This document shows positions 16,909-24,516 of a stretch of DNA of 42,218 nucleotides, piece after piece. Every line of letters begins with the position of its first letter. Within the stretch, counting starts at the first letter, position 1. The translations under genes and the position numbers were made by a program. Below the pieces are notes generated by a model, which saw only the letters and a list, made by a program, of their open reading frames with translations, did no database searches and was not told the DNA's origin. This stretch comes from a virus: the IMG/VR virus record IMGVR_UViG_3300045988_051752; one strand, written 5' to 3'.

Positions 16909-17312
16909 CGGAGGCAATCCCGGTAAAAAAGAAATTGGACTGCACAAGGATCGAGGTGGGGACGTGCAAGTTTTGCGGGCAGACCTACCAGCTGGAGGTT
17001 GATGGGCCGTGGACGGAGGACATGCTGGACAAGGCGGCGACAGAAAAATGCACATGCGACGATGCCTTGAAAGCGAAAAAGAGAGAAAGCGTACTAAGAA
17101 AGTGCGGCAAAAAAGTGGATCAGATGTTCGAAGAGCAAAAGGATGAGTTCCGGGAGACGCTGAAAAACATCTGCACGCACATCTACGACGAAGAGATGGA
17201 CAAGGCTGCCTTGACGATGGATGACCGAACGAAGGTGACAATCGGCTGGGCAAAGGGGAACATCAGGATCAAGAGAGAAGAAAAGATAGCGAAAGTGAGT
17301 GAGATCGAATGA
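16905..17312 (+). CDS. Hypothetical Cys-containing protein, 135 aa
   Basis: ATGA overlap with rep. CKFCG...CTCDD could form a zinc ribbon. Confidence 0.65.
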   Translation: MTEAIPVKKKLDCTRIEVGTCKFCGQTYQLEVDGPWTEDMLDKAATEKCTCDDALKAKKRESVLRKCGKKVDQMFEEQKDEFRETLKNICTHIYDEEMDKAALTMDDRTKVTIGWAKGNIRIKREEKIAKVSEIE

Positions 17313-17743
17313 ACAAAGTGATTTTAATGGGGCGGCTGACCAGAGATCCGGAGATCAGATACCCGCAGGATCCGGAGGCGGCAGCAGTTGGCCGGTTTTC
17401 GCTGGTAGTAGACAGGCGGTTTAAGAAAGACGGCAGCCCGGATGCGGACTTTTTCAACTGCGTGTGCTTCGGCAGACAGGCAGAGTTTGTGGAAAAATAT
17501 CTGAAAAAAGGGATAAAGATGCTTATAACCGGAAGGGTTGAGAACAACAACTACACAGACCGGGACGGGCATAAGGTTTACGCTGTGCAAATCATGGTAG
17601 AGGAGATGGAGTTCGCGGAGAGCAAAGCGGCAGGACAATCACAACAGAAGCATAACGAGCAGACAGGAGCACCGGCCCTGGAAGTCGGGGATGGATTTAT
17701 GACAATACCGGACGGAATAGAGGAGGAACTGCCGTTTGCATAA
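17309..17743 (+). CDS. ssb: Single-stranded DNA-binding protein
   Basis: MNKVILMGRLTRDPEIRY...FFNCVCFGRQAEFVEKYLKKG...ITGRVENNNY is a canonical OB fold. Gln-rich linker and acidic tail EEELPFA. Confidence 0.92.
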   Translation: MNKVILMGRLTRDPEIRYPQDPEAAAVGRFSLVVDRRFKKDGSPDADFFNCVCFGRQAEFVEKYLKKGIKMLITGRVENNNYTDRDGHKVYAVQIMVEEMEFAESKAAGQSQQKHNEQTGAPALEVGDGFMTIPDGIEEELPFA

Positions 17744-17960
17744 ATGGATATCAGTTAAAGACGGATTGCCAGACACAGACAGGTGCGTTTTAGCACAGGT
17801 GAGCGGGCGGCCGAACGACAGGGTGGAATTGGTTGATGCTTTGCAGATCGCATCCTATCTCCCGGAGGACGGGTGGATGCTGGAAGAATATCCAATGTGG
17901 ATAGATGCAAATCCGGTAGCATGGATGGAGTTGCCGGAACCATACAAGGAGGAATCATGA
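17736..17960 (+). CDS. DUF551-like protein, 74 aa
   Basis: TTG start 9 nt after GGAGG. WISVKDGLPD...WMELPEPY is the typical DUF551 pattern. Confidence 0.6.
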   Translation: MHKWISVKDGLPDTDRCVLAQVSGRPNDRVELVDALQIASYLPEDGWMLEEYPMWIDANPVAWMELPEPYKEES

Positions 17961-18109
17961 GAACGCAGAAAGAAAGAGATCAGATGGAAATGGAGATCCA
18001 CGACAAAAAGGAAGGGCAGTACGAGGATTACATAAAGCACAAAAGCAGGACGGCAGAGGAGAACTTCCGTAGGCCGGCCTATGCTTATACAAGCCAGGAA
18101 AGGAGATAG
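17957..18109 (+). CDS. Small ORF, 50 aa
   Basis: ATGA overlap with the upstream stop. RBS AAGGAGGAA. Confidence 0.5.
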   Translation: MRTQKERDQMEMEIHDKKEGQYEDYIKHKSRTAEENFRRPAYAYTSQERR

Positions 18110-18111
18110 AG

Positions 18112-18300
18112 ATGGAGAGAATGACACAGAAAAACCCGGATGGAGTCACCTTTCGAGTACCATTGCAAAGGGCGGGAGAATTCCGGGTGATGAGCGACAA
18201 GATGGCACAGGCAGTGTTTGGGGATATCGTGAACCGTTTGGGAGAATACGAGGAGTGTCTGACGATCGCAGAAGCAAAGAGGATGAAACGAAATGCCTAA
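18112..18300 (+). CDS. Hypothetical protein, 62 aa
   Basis: RBS AAAGGAGA upstream of ATG at 18112. Confidence 0.55.
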   Translation: MERMTQKNPDGVTFRVPLQRAGEFRVMSDKMAQAVFGDIVNRLGEYEECLTIAEAKRMKRNA

Positions 18301-18448
18301 GAAGGGAAGAGATACAAAACCGGAAGATTGCACACATCCTGATTGCTTCCACTGTCCGTATCATGATTGCATATGGGATGGAAGGCTGGGGTACGACCCG
18401 ATAAAACGGAGAGCGGAATCGAATCAAAAAGAGAGGGAGAGGAAATGA
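18293..18448 (+). CDS. Cys/His-rich micro-protein, 51 aa (MPKKGRDTKPEDCTHPDCFHCPYHDCIWDG...)
   Basis: ATG at 18293 overlaps the upstream stop, and its TGA (18446-18448) overlaps the next ATG (ATGA). Below the track cutoff. Found by manual translation. Confidence 0.45.
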   Translation: MPKKGRDTKPEDCTHPDCFHCPYHDCIWDGRLGYDPIKRRAESNQKERERK

Positions 18449-18735
18449 AAATCTACATCAGCGGCCCAATGGCGGGAATAGAAGGATATGAAAAGAATTT
18501 TAAAACTGCGGAAGTGAAAATGAAGGAATCCGGACATGAAGTCGTGAATCCGGCAGAAATTGACGGGGAAGGAATGACGAGGGAAGAGCTTCTCAAACTC
18601 GACCTGTGGATGATGGAAGAGTGCGATGCGATCTACATGTTAAAAGGATGGCAGCGGTCCTGCGGAGCAAACCGGGAATATGGGTTTGCCTTGGGGCGCG
18701 GCATGGAAATCTTTCACGAGGGTGTGTCGGAATGA
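18445..18735 (+). CDS. DUF4406 / nucleoside 2-deoxyribosyltransferase-like protein, 96 aa
   Basis: MKIYISGPMAGIEGYEKNF...VVNPAE...ECDAIYMLKGWQRSCGANREYGFA matches the DUF4406 pattern from memory. Confidence 0.6.
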   Translation: MKIYISGPMAGIEGYEKNFKTAEVKMKESGHEVVNPAEIDGEGMTREELLKLDLWMMEECDAIYMLKGWQRSCGANREYGFALGRGMEIFHEGVSE

Positions 18736-19417
18736 AAATATTGATAGCGTGCGAAGAGAGCCAGACGGTATGCAAGGCTTTCCGGGAAAAAGGACATGAA
18801 GCATACTCCTGCGACGTTCAGAAGCCGTCCGGTGGGCGCCCGGAATGGCACATACTCGGAGATGCGCTGAAAGCCATCCAGGGGGGGGGATTGTAGAAAC
18901 CATGGACGGAGCTACACACGAGATTGGACAGTGGGACATGCTGATAGCACATCCACCTTGCACATATTTAACAGCGGCAAGTGCAATTCGGCTCTTCAAC
19001 CCGGATCATTCCATAAAAGATCCAGAAAGAGAGCGGAAGGGATGGCGGGCAAAGGAGTTTTTTCTGAAAATTCTGAATTCAGAAGTAGGGAAAATTGCCG
19101 TAGAAAATCCGGTACCGCTGAAACGATTTGAATTGCCTGCATACAGCCAGATTATAGAACCGTATATGTTTGGGGATCCGTGGAAAAAACGAACTTGCCT
19201 GTGGATAAAAGGGATGCAAAATCTCAAACCGACAAACATAGTGGAGCCGCTGGGGCTTTGGGTAGGGGCCGCGTCCGGGAGGAAAAACGGAACTGGACGG
19301 GTAAAAAGCGGTTACATCCTAAAGAGCAACCGCGATCAGAAGACTAGATCAAAGACATTTCCTGGGATTGCGCAGGCAATGGCAGAGCAGTGGGGAGAAA
19401 CAAAAGATGACAAATAG
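18732..19417 (+). pseudogene. DNA (cytosine-5) methyltransferase-like gene split by a frameshift in a G9 tract (intact length would be 228 aa)
   Basis: The N-terminal part (MKILIACEESQTVCKAFREKGHEAYSCD...KAIQGGGL*) stops at 18896. The -1 frame continues GGGIVETMDG...DMLIAHPPCTYL...IAVENP...TCLWIKG to 19417. One extra G (G10) fuses the two parts. Confidence 0.7.
18881..18889. repeat. G9 homopolymer at the frameshift point
   Basis: ccaGGGGGGGGGatt. Zero-frame codons are CAG GGG GGG GGA TTG TAG. Confidence 0.95.
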
Positions 19418-19748
19418 AGAAATGCTTCGCCGGGCACAGCTGGCAAAGCTTACGAAACAGATCATAGACAGCCCTGAATACAGGGAGCGCAGAAAAGAAG
19501 ATGACGAGCAAAACCTCATGAGAGCATTTGCAAGCTTTGCATTGATAAGTGCAGATTATCTTTATCGGCAATTTAACTGCAAGGCAGCAGGAATCAGAAA
19601 ATTTATTGATTTTGTAAAGCCGAGCATGGGATATGTAAAGGATGATCCGGATTATTTTAGGCTGATGAATGAGGCATTTGTGGACGAGATAGGGTTGGAT
19701 ATTATGAAAGAGCTGGGAATGGAGTTTGAAGATGAAGACGAAATGTGA
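19407..19748 (+). CDS. Hypothetical protein, 113 aa
   Basis: ATG at 19407 after GGGGAG, overlapping the upstream gene end. Confidence 0.6.
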   Translation: MTNREMLRRAQLAKLTKQIIDSPEYRERRKEDDEQNLMRAFASFALISADYLYRQFNCKAAGIRKFIDFVKPSMGYVKDDPDYFRLMNEAFVDEIGLDIMKELGMEFEDEDEM

Positions 19749-20586
19749 AATTTACAGAGATTCGATGCAGAACTATAAAAAGTACGGCATTAGGCCTGCG
19801 CAGCTGATCATCGCAGATGTCCCGTATAACGTTGGTAACAACTTCTATGGAAGCAATCCGATGTGGTACAACGGCGGCGACAATAAAAACGGTGAAAGCA
19901 AATTAGCCGGGAAAGCGGCATTTAACAGTGACTTCAATTTCAATCTTTATGAATATTTCCATTTCTGTTCAAAGATGTTGAAAAAGGAAGATACAAAACC
20001 CACACGCCGCGGCAAAAGCAGCGACAGCCCATGCATGATTGTATTTTGCTCCTTTGAGCAAATACATACGCTGATACAGGCGGCGAAGAAACATGGATTC
20101 GTGAATTACATTCCACTGGTGTTCATCAAGAATTACAGTCCACAGGTGTTGAAAGCCAATATGAGAGTTGTGGGAGCTACGGAATATGCGTTGCTTTTAT
20201 ATCGCGGAAGGCTCCCGAAGTTCCGGAACGGGGTACAGTTTGACGAAAACGGTAAAACCATCAGAGGGACGGGACACATGGTTTTCAACTGGTTCCAGTG
20301 GGAGAAAGACGGGAAAGACATCCCGAAGATTCACCCGGCGCAAAAGCCTGTTGCAGTGCTGAAAAAGCTGATTGAGACATTCACCGATCCCGGCGATGTC
20401 GTGATCGATCCGTGCTGTGGATCTGGATCAACACTTCGGGCAGCGGCGGAGCTAGGAAGGAATGCCTATGGATTTGAAATTGACCGCACGTTTTACGACC
20501 GGGCAAAAAATGAAATGATGAAATTCGAAAAGGACGAACAGATGAGTATTGAAGATTTTATGAAAAAACGAGGAGGAAAGAAATGA
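19732..20586 (+). CDS. DNA methyltransferase, N6-adenine/N4-cytosine family (beta class)
   Basis: Motif IV LIIADVPYNVG precedes HPAQKPVAVLKKLI and motif I VIDPCCGSGSTLRAAAELGRNAYGFEID. Confidence 0.9.
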   Translation: MKTKCEIYRDSMQNYKKYGIRPAQLIIADVPYNVGNNFYGSNPMWYNGGDNKNGESKLAGKAAFNSDFNFNLYEYFHFCSKMLKKEDTKPTRRGKSSDSPCMIVFCSFEQIHTLIQAAKKHGFVNYIPLVFIKNYSPQVLKANMRVVGATEYALLLYRGRLPKFRNGVQFDENGKTIRGTGHMVFNWFQWEKDGKDIPKIHPAQKPVAVLKKLIETFTDPGDVVIDPCCGSGSTLRAAAELGRNAYGFEIDRTFYDRAKNEMMKFEKDEQMSIEDFMKKRGGKK

Positions 20587-20846
20587 ACAATAACGAATGC
20601 TGCAAAGTGGAAGCAGAACCAAGAAAGTCTATTGCAAGATACGAGCAGGAAATGATGGACTGCCTGATGGAAGCAAGGGATACATTGAGGTCTATCTACA
20701 TGACGATCACAGGAAATAAAAATGGAGAAGATGAGGATAGAGAAGAACCGGAAAGTTTGTTACGAAATGTATTAATAAACAGGGAACTGGCGATGCAAAT
20801 AAGAGGGATGTCAAAAACAATCAACGAAGAGCTATTCGGGGAGTGA
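20583..20846 (+). CDS. Hypothetical protein, 87 aa
   Basis: ATGA overlap with the methylase stop. RBS GGAGGAAAG. Confidence 0.6.
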   Translation: MNNNECCKVEAEPRKSIARYEQEMMDCLMEARDTLRSIYMTITGNKNGEDEDREEPESLLRNVLINRELAMQIRGMSKTINEELFGE

Positions 20847-20850
20847 AAAA

Positions 20851-21734
20851 ATGGATATCGAAAAAGAAAAACGGGCAATACAATACCTCCGGTCATTCGA
20901 ACCGGAGGAAGAGCCTTATTATTTGTGCTATTCCGGCGGGAAAGACAGCGACGCCATCAGGATTCTTGCACAGCTGGCGGGGGTGAAGCACGAATGCAAA
21001 CATAATCTGACAACTGTGGATGCTCCGGAGACCGTGCGATACGTCCGGGAGACGATCGGGAAGGAAAACATCAACTACCCGAAAGAATCCATGTGGCAGC
21101 TGATCGTGAGAAAGAGGATGCCGCCGACCGGAATTGCACGATATTGCTGCGAAGTACTGAAAGAACGCGGAGGAGAAGGACGGCTCAAGATCACGGGTGT
21201 TAGGTGGGATGAAAGCAGAAAAAGAAAAGAGAATGCTGGAATCGTAAGAGTTATCGGCAAAGAAAAGACGATGCAAAAGAAGCTAAAGGATGACGAGGTA
21301 AATTTTCAGTCAACGCCTATGGGGGGGTGGTATTAAGTACAGACAACGCAAAAGAAAGGAGATTTGTAGAGTATTGCTACCGTACAACAAACACGACGAT
21401 AAACCCGATCGTGGACTGGACGGACAGGGATGTGTGGGAATTTTTACACCATTACGGCTGTGAATCAAATCCACTTTATCAATGCGGATTTGATAGGATT
21501 GGGTGCATCGGCTGCCCGTTAGCTGGCGGAAAACAAATGAAAGCCGAGCTTGCAAGGTATCCAAAGTATAAAGAGGCTTACATAAGGGCATTTGACCGGA
21601 TGCTGGAGAAGAGAAAAGCGGACGGATTACCGACAAAGTGGATCAACGGCGAGCAAGTCATGCGCTGGTGGGTTGGAGATGATCCGAACCAGATAACAAT
21701 AGACGATTATCTAAAAATGACAGGAGGGATATGA
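20851..21734 (+). pseudogene. PAPS-reductase/PP-loop family gene split by a frameshift in a G7 tract (intact length would be 294 aa)
   Basis: The N-terminal part has the PP-loop YYLCYSGGKDSDAI and stops at 21336 (...STPMGGWY*). The -1 frame continues VVLSTDNAKERRFVEYCY...NPLYQCGFDRIGCIGCPLA to 21734. One extra G (G8) fuses them. Confidence 0.75.
21321..21327. repeat. G7 homopolymer at the frameshift point
   Basis: tatGGGGGGGtgg. Zero-frame codons are ATG GGG GGG TGG TAT TAA. Confidence 0.95.
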
Positions 21735-21988
21735 TGGCGAAAAAGATCGTAGATTACATAGGTTATCCTGCCATGCTAGAGCAGCTGGCAGAGGAATGTG
21801 CAGAACTCGGAAAAGCTGCGCTGAAACTGGCCAGGATAGTCAGAAAAGAAAATCCGACACCGGTGACAAAAGAAGAAGCACTGGAAAATCTAAGAGAAGA
21901 GTATACAGATGTCGTACAGTGCGCCAGGGAGTTGGCACTGACAACAGATTTTGTGACGATGACAGCAAAGAAAGAACGATTTTTTTGA
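21731..21988 (+). CDS. MazG-like nucleotide pyrophosphohydrolase-like protein, 85 aa (start at 21731 or 21734)
   Basis: EQLAEECAELGKA ... LREEYTDVV fits the EExxE...ExxD pattern. RBS AGGAGGG. Confidence 0.45.
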   Translation: MMAKKIVDYIGYPAMLEQLAEECAELGKAALKLARIVRKENPTPVTKEEALENLREEYTDVVQCARELALTTDFVTMTAKKERFF

Positions 21989-22051
21989 AAGGTGGAAGCA
22001 GCATGTGGCTGACAGATAGGGCAATTCAAATAGTGGAAAGGGGTAACGAAG

Positions 22052-22657
22052 ATGACAATTAGGCCTATTTTGTTTAATGGAGAGATGGTGCGGGCAATTC
22101 TGGACGGGAGGAAGACCTGCACCAGAAGAGCGATAAAACATAATGTTGATGCAATACTGAACAGTCCGTATCACATGGAACACCCAGAAGTGGAGGATGC
22201 ATGGCTTATAAAAAAACTGTGTAGACCTCCATATGAACCGGGAGATATCATGTATGTTCGGGAGGCATGGGGAGAAGGATACGCAGAAGGAACGTATATC
22301 TATAAGGCTGACGATAAGCCTGCAGAGCTTCCGACCTTCAAAAAAACGTCAAAGATACTGTATCACCCATCAATCCACATGCCGAAAGAAGCTGCTCGAA
22401 TCTGGCTGAAGGTTACGGATGTGAGAGTGGAGCGGCTGCAGGATATCACCGATGATGGAGCAAAAGCAGAGGGTGCAAACTGGAAGAATGGCAAAAACGT
22501 TGGCTGGGAAGAAAAAATGAGACGGACAGCAGTAGAACGATTTGCCGAAATCTGGGATTCCACCATCAAGAAATATGATCTTGACCGTTATGGATGGGTT
22601 GCAAATCCATGGGTGTGGGTCATCGAATTTGAGCGCTGTGAAAAACCAAAAGAATGA
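22052..22657 (+). CDS. ASCH-domain-like protein, 201 aa
   Basis: N-terminal RPILFNGEMVRAILDGRKTCTRR and later GDIMYVREAW are typical of phage ASCH-like proteins. Confidence 0.55.
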   Translation: MTIRPILFNGEMVRAILDGRKTCTRRAIKHNVDAILNSPYHMEHPEVEDAWLIKKLCRPPYEPGDIMYVREAWGEGYAEGTYIYKADDKPAELPTFKKTSKILYHPSIHMPKEAARIWLKVTDVRVERLQDITDDGAKAEGANWKNGKNVGWEEKMRRTAVERFAEIWDSTIKKYDLDRYGWVANPWVWVIEFERCEKPKE

Positions 22658-22872
22658 GGGGGGACGAAAAATTGACTAAAATTGTAATGCTTGCGGCTCT
22701 GGTAATGGTGGTAGCGACAGTAAGTTTTATCATAGGAGCGATAGCGGCAGCAGCTGCCTTGACAAATGATGACGATTACCTGGACAAATTGCCGGAAAGG
22801 GAGAATGAGGATGAACAGCAAAGAAATTGTGATCTGCCCGTTTTACAAGAAGAAGAGAAACAGAGAGAATGA
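22654..22872 (+). CDS. Possible small membrane protein, 72 aa
   Basis: ATGA overlap with the upstream stop. TM IVMLAALVMVVATVSFIIGAIAAAAAL and an acidic tail. Overlaps the next ORF by 62 nt, so one of the two may be miscalled. Confidence 0.4.
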   Translation: MRGDEKLTKIVMLAALVMVVATVSFIIGAIAAAAALTNDDDYLDKLPERENEDEQQRNCDLPVLQEEEKQRE

Positions 22873-23020
22873 AATACGATGCCAGGGACTGTACAAAGAC
22901 ACAGATAACGCTATAGGATTTAAAAACGAGACGGAACGGATCACACACAGCAGGAGATTTTGCGAATCATTTAATTACAAAAACTGCAAACATGCAAAGA
23001 GGCTGATGGAGGAAGAATGA
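22811..23020 (+). CDS. Small Cys-rich protein, 69 aa
   Basis: ATG at 22811 is 7 nt after AAGGGAG. CPFYKK...IRCQG...CESFNYKNCKH. Confidence 0.5.
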   Translation: MNSKEIVICPFYKKKRNRENEIRCQGLYKDTDNAIGFKNETERITHSRRFCESFNYKNCKHAKRLMEEE

Positions 23021-23337
23021 AGACACTTGCAAAAAGACTGAAAAAAGAAAAAGAAAATGTAAAATATTACAAACGCAGGTTTGATATGGCGGAGATGCTG
23101 GCAAAAGAATGCATGAAGCTTGAGATCGGAGCCAGGGAGGAGGTTACCAGAGCGGCAGCAGTCAACCAGGAGACAATGAGGTACGTGACGGCGCTGGCCA
23201 AGCGGCTGATCGGGAAAGGACAGGAAATCTCATTGAGCCTGGAAGAAATCAAGGCAGCAGATGAAAGTGAGCTGGAGGTGGAACCGGTGCTGGATAAGGA
23301 TGGGAAAATCCAGTGCATCAAAATCCGAAGAAAATAA
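23017..23337 (+). CDS. Hypothetical protein, 106 aa; last gene of the early operon
   Basis: ATGA overlap with the upstream stop. Basic, coiled-coil N-terminus. Confidence 0.6.
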   Translation: MKTLAKRLKKEKENVKYYKRRFDMAEMLAKECMKLEIGAREEVTRAAAVNQETMRYVTALAKRLIGKGQEISLSLEEIKAADESELEVEPVLDKDGKIQCIKIRRK

Positions 23338-23347
23338 AGCAAATACA

Positions 23348-23376
23348 TTGACGAGAAACACAAAATATGATATAAA
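23348..23376 (+). promoter_or_regulatory. Strong sigma-A-type promoter TTGACG-N17-(TGa)TATAAA
   Basis: -35 at 23348-23353, extended TG at 23368-23369, -10 at 23371-23376. No SD-led ORF follows. Confidence 0.55.
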
Positions 23377-23382
23377 GGAATT

Positions 23383-23504
23383 GTCCAATACATTGGATGC
23401 TATGTATTGTGGTATCCCTAGCAATCCCGGGGATCGCGGATTGAAATAGTGACAGTAATAATTACAAAAAAAGAAAGAGCAGGAAAACCTACTCTTTCTT
23501 TTTT
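23383..23504 (+). ncRNA. Candidate ~120-nt small RNA (promoter-to-terminator unit with no credible ORF)
   Basis: Hairpin 1: caatacat (23386-23393) / atgtattg (23402-23409). Hairpin 2: caatcc (23422-23427) / ggattg (23438-23443). Terminator hairpin at 23471-23500 plus T-tail. Only 15-codon ORFs lacking an SD are present. Confidence 0.35.
23471..23504. terminator. Bidirectional intrinsic terminator
   Basis: aagaaagag-(12-nt loop)-ctctttctt, flanked by an A-run on one side and a T-run on the other. Sits immediately after the stop of minus-strand gene 23504..23791. Confidence 0.75.
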
Positions 23505-23791
23505 CACGCGTTCTTCCCAGCTCCGTAGCACTCGTGGAAACTATCCACGAGAGAAGCCAGTTGCTCGGGAGAAAGCTGCTCCCGCAATTCTTCCGGAACC
23601 CACTTGTAACTCTCCCGGAAAGTATCAGGGAACCGGCCGATCTTGCTGAGCTTTTTGACAAGCTCGAGCTTATACATCTGACCGAGCTCATCAAGGGTGA
23701 TATCCACGTCATCGACTACCTGGCGGCCTTCTTCTGTCAGGATGCCCATTGCATCCTGAATCTTTACTCTTCCAACCCCTTGGATGTACAT
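23504..23791 (-). CDS. Hypothetical protein, 95 aa (4th gene of the RHH cassette)
   Basis: RBS GAGGTGG. No motif recognised. Confidence 0.7.
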   Translation of the reverse strand: MYIQGVGRVKIQDAMGILTEEGRQVVDDVDITLDELGQMYKLELVKKLSKIGRFPDTFRESYKWVPEELREQLSPEQLASLVDSFHECYGAGKNA

Positions 23792-23802
23792 GACACCACC
23801 TC

Positions 23803-24042
23803 CTATGCAAATCTGCCCGTCTTAAGGGCACAATAACGATTCCCGTCGTCACCCCAGAAAAAGATGGCGCAAGGGTAAGACTGCCGCAAACATTCTTCTC
23901 CGTATTCGGTTACGGGTTGAATGTTGACCGGGCAGTCATAGCCAGCAACCGCATAGGTTCCGGCCTCTTCTGCCTGCTCCAGGGTTTCCGGTTCCGGGAT
24001 TTCCTGCGCTCCATATCTGGGGCTCAAAATAGCTTTCTTCAT
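23803..24042 (-). CDS. Hypothetical Cys-containing protein, 79 aa (3rd gene of the RHH cassette)
   Basis: RBS GAGGAGG. Its start overlaps the upstream stop. Confidence 0.7.
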   Translation of the reverse strand: MKKAILSPRYGAQEIPEPETLEQAEEAGTYAVAGYDCPVNIQPVTEYGEECLRQSYPCAIFFWGDDGNRYCALKTGRFA

Positions 24043-24287
24043 TCTTCTTCCTCCTCGGGGTAATATTCCTGCACAAATTTTTCGACTTCATCCGCCGTCA
24101 TGAGCCCGCCGAATTCTTCTACCATGATGCGAATCTCCGTGGAAGCAATGGCATCCCGGGCGCGTTCGGACAGATCAAGACGATCAAGGAAATCCATGAC
24201 CTGCTCATTAAGGGTTACAAGATCGGCACCCCCCTTATTGACGATTTGCGAAATTTCGTTTACGCTCATATCCTCGTACTTTTTCAT
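24039..24287 (-). CDS. Highly acidic small protein, 82 aa, ending in EEEEE (2nd gene of the RHH cassette)
   Basis: RBS GGAGAA. D/E-rich throughout. ATGA-type overlap with neighbouring genes. Confidence 0.7.
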   Translation of the reverse strand: MKKYEDMSVNEISQIVNKGGADLVTLNEQVMDFLDRLDLSERARDAIASTEIRIMVEEFGGLMTADEVEKFVQEYYPEEEEE

Positions 24288-24466
24288 CTATTAATTCTCC
24301 TTTCTACGCACTCGACAATGAATGCGTTCAAGCTTTTTCCTTCGGCCTCTGCGGCCGCTTTGTATTCAGCCTTCTTTCCCTTCGAGACCGTGATGTTAAG
24401 GCGATCATAGTTATTGGCTATGTATTTGTTCACGGCCCTCTGGGATGCCTTAGTTGTCCCTGACAT
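24284..24466 (-). CDS. Ribbon-helix-helix (Arc/CopG/MetJ-type) DNA-binding protein, 60 aa
   Basis: RBS AAGGAGGTG. ASQRAVNKYIANNYDRLNITVSKGKKAEYKAAAEAEGKSLNAFIVECVERRI fits the beta-strand + two-helix RHH pattern. Confidence 0.7.
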   Translation of the reverse strand: MSGTTKASQRAVNKYIANNYDRLNITVSKGKKAEYKAAAEAEGKSLNAFIVECVERRINR

Positions 24467-24487
24467 TCAAGCACCTCCTTTAAATAC

Positions 24488-24516
24488 ATAATATCACAAC
24501 AATATATTTGTGTAAA
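24488..24516 (-). promoter_or_regulatory. Promoter of the RHH cassette: TTTACA-N17-TATTAT (minus strand)
   Basis: -35 is the complement of 24511-24516; -10 is the complement of 24488-24493. Operator 1 overlaps the -35 and the spacer. Confidence 0.55.

Noticed and set aside
22654-23020. A possible third frameshifted gene formed by the two overlapping ORFs 22654..22872 and 22766..23020
   Set aside because: There is no homopolymer or slippery site in the 62-nt overlap. The two products have unrelated character (a TM peptide versus a Cys-rich soluble protein), and the second has its own SD-spaced ATG at 22811. I treated them as two genes, with lower confidence in the first.
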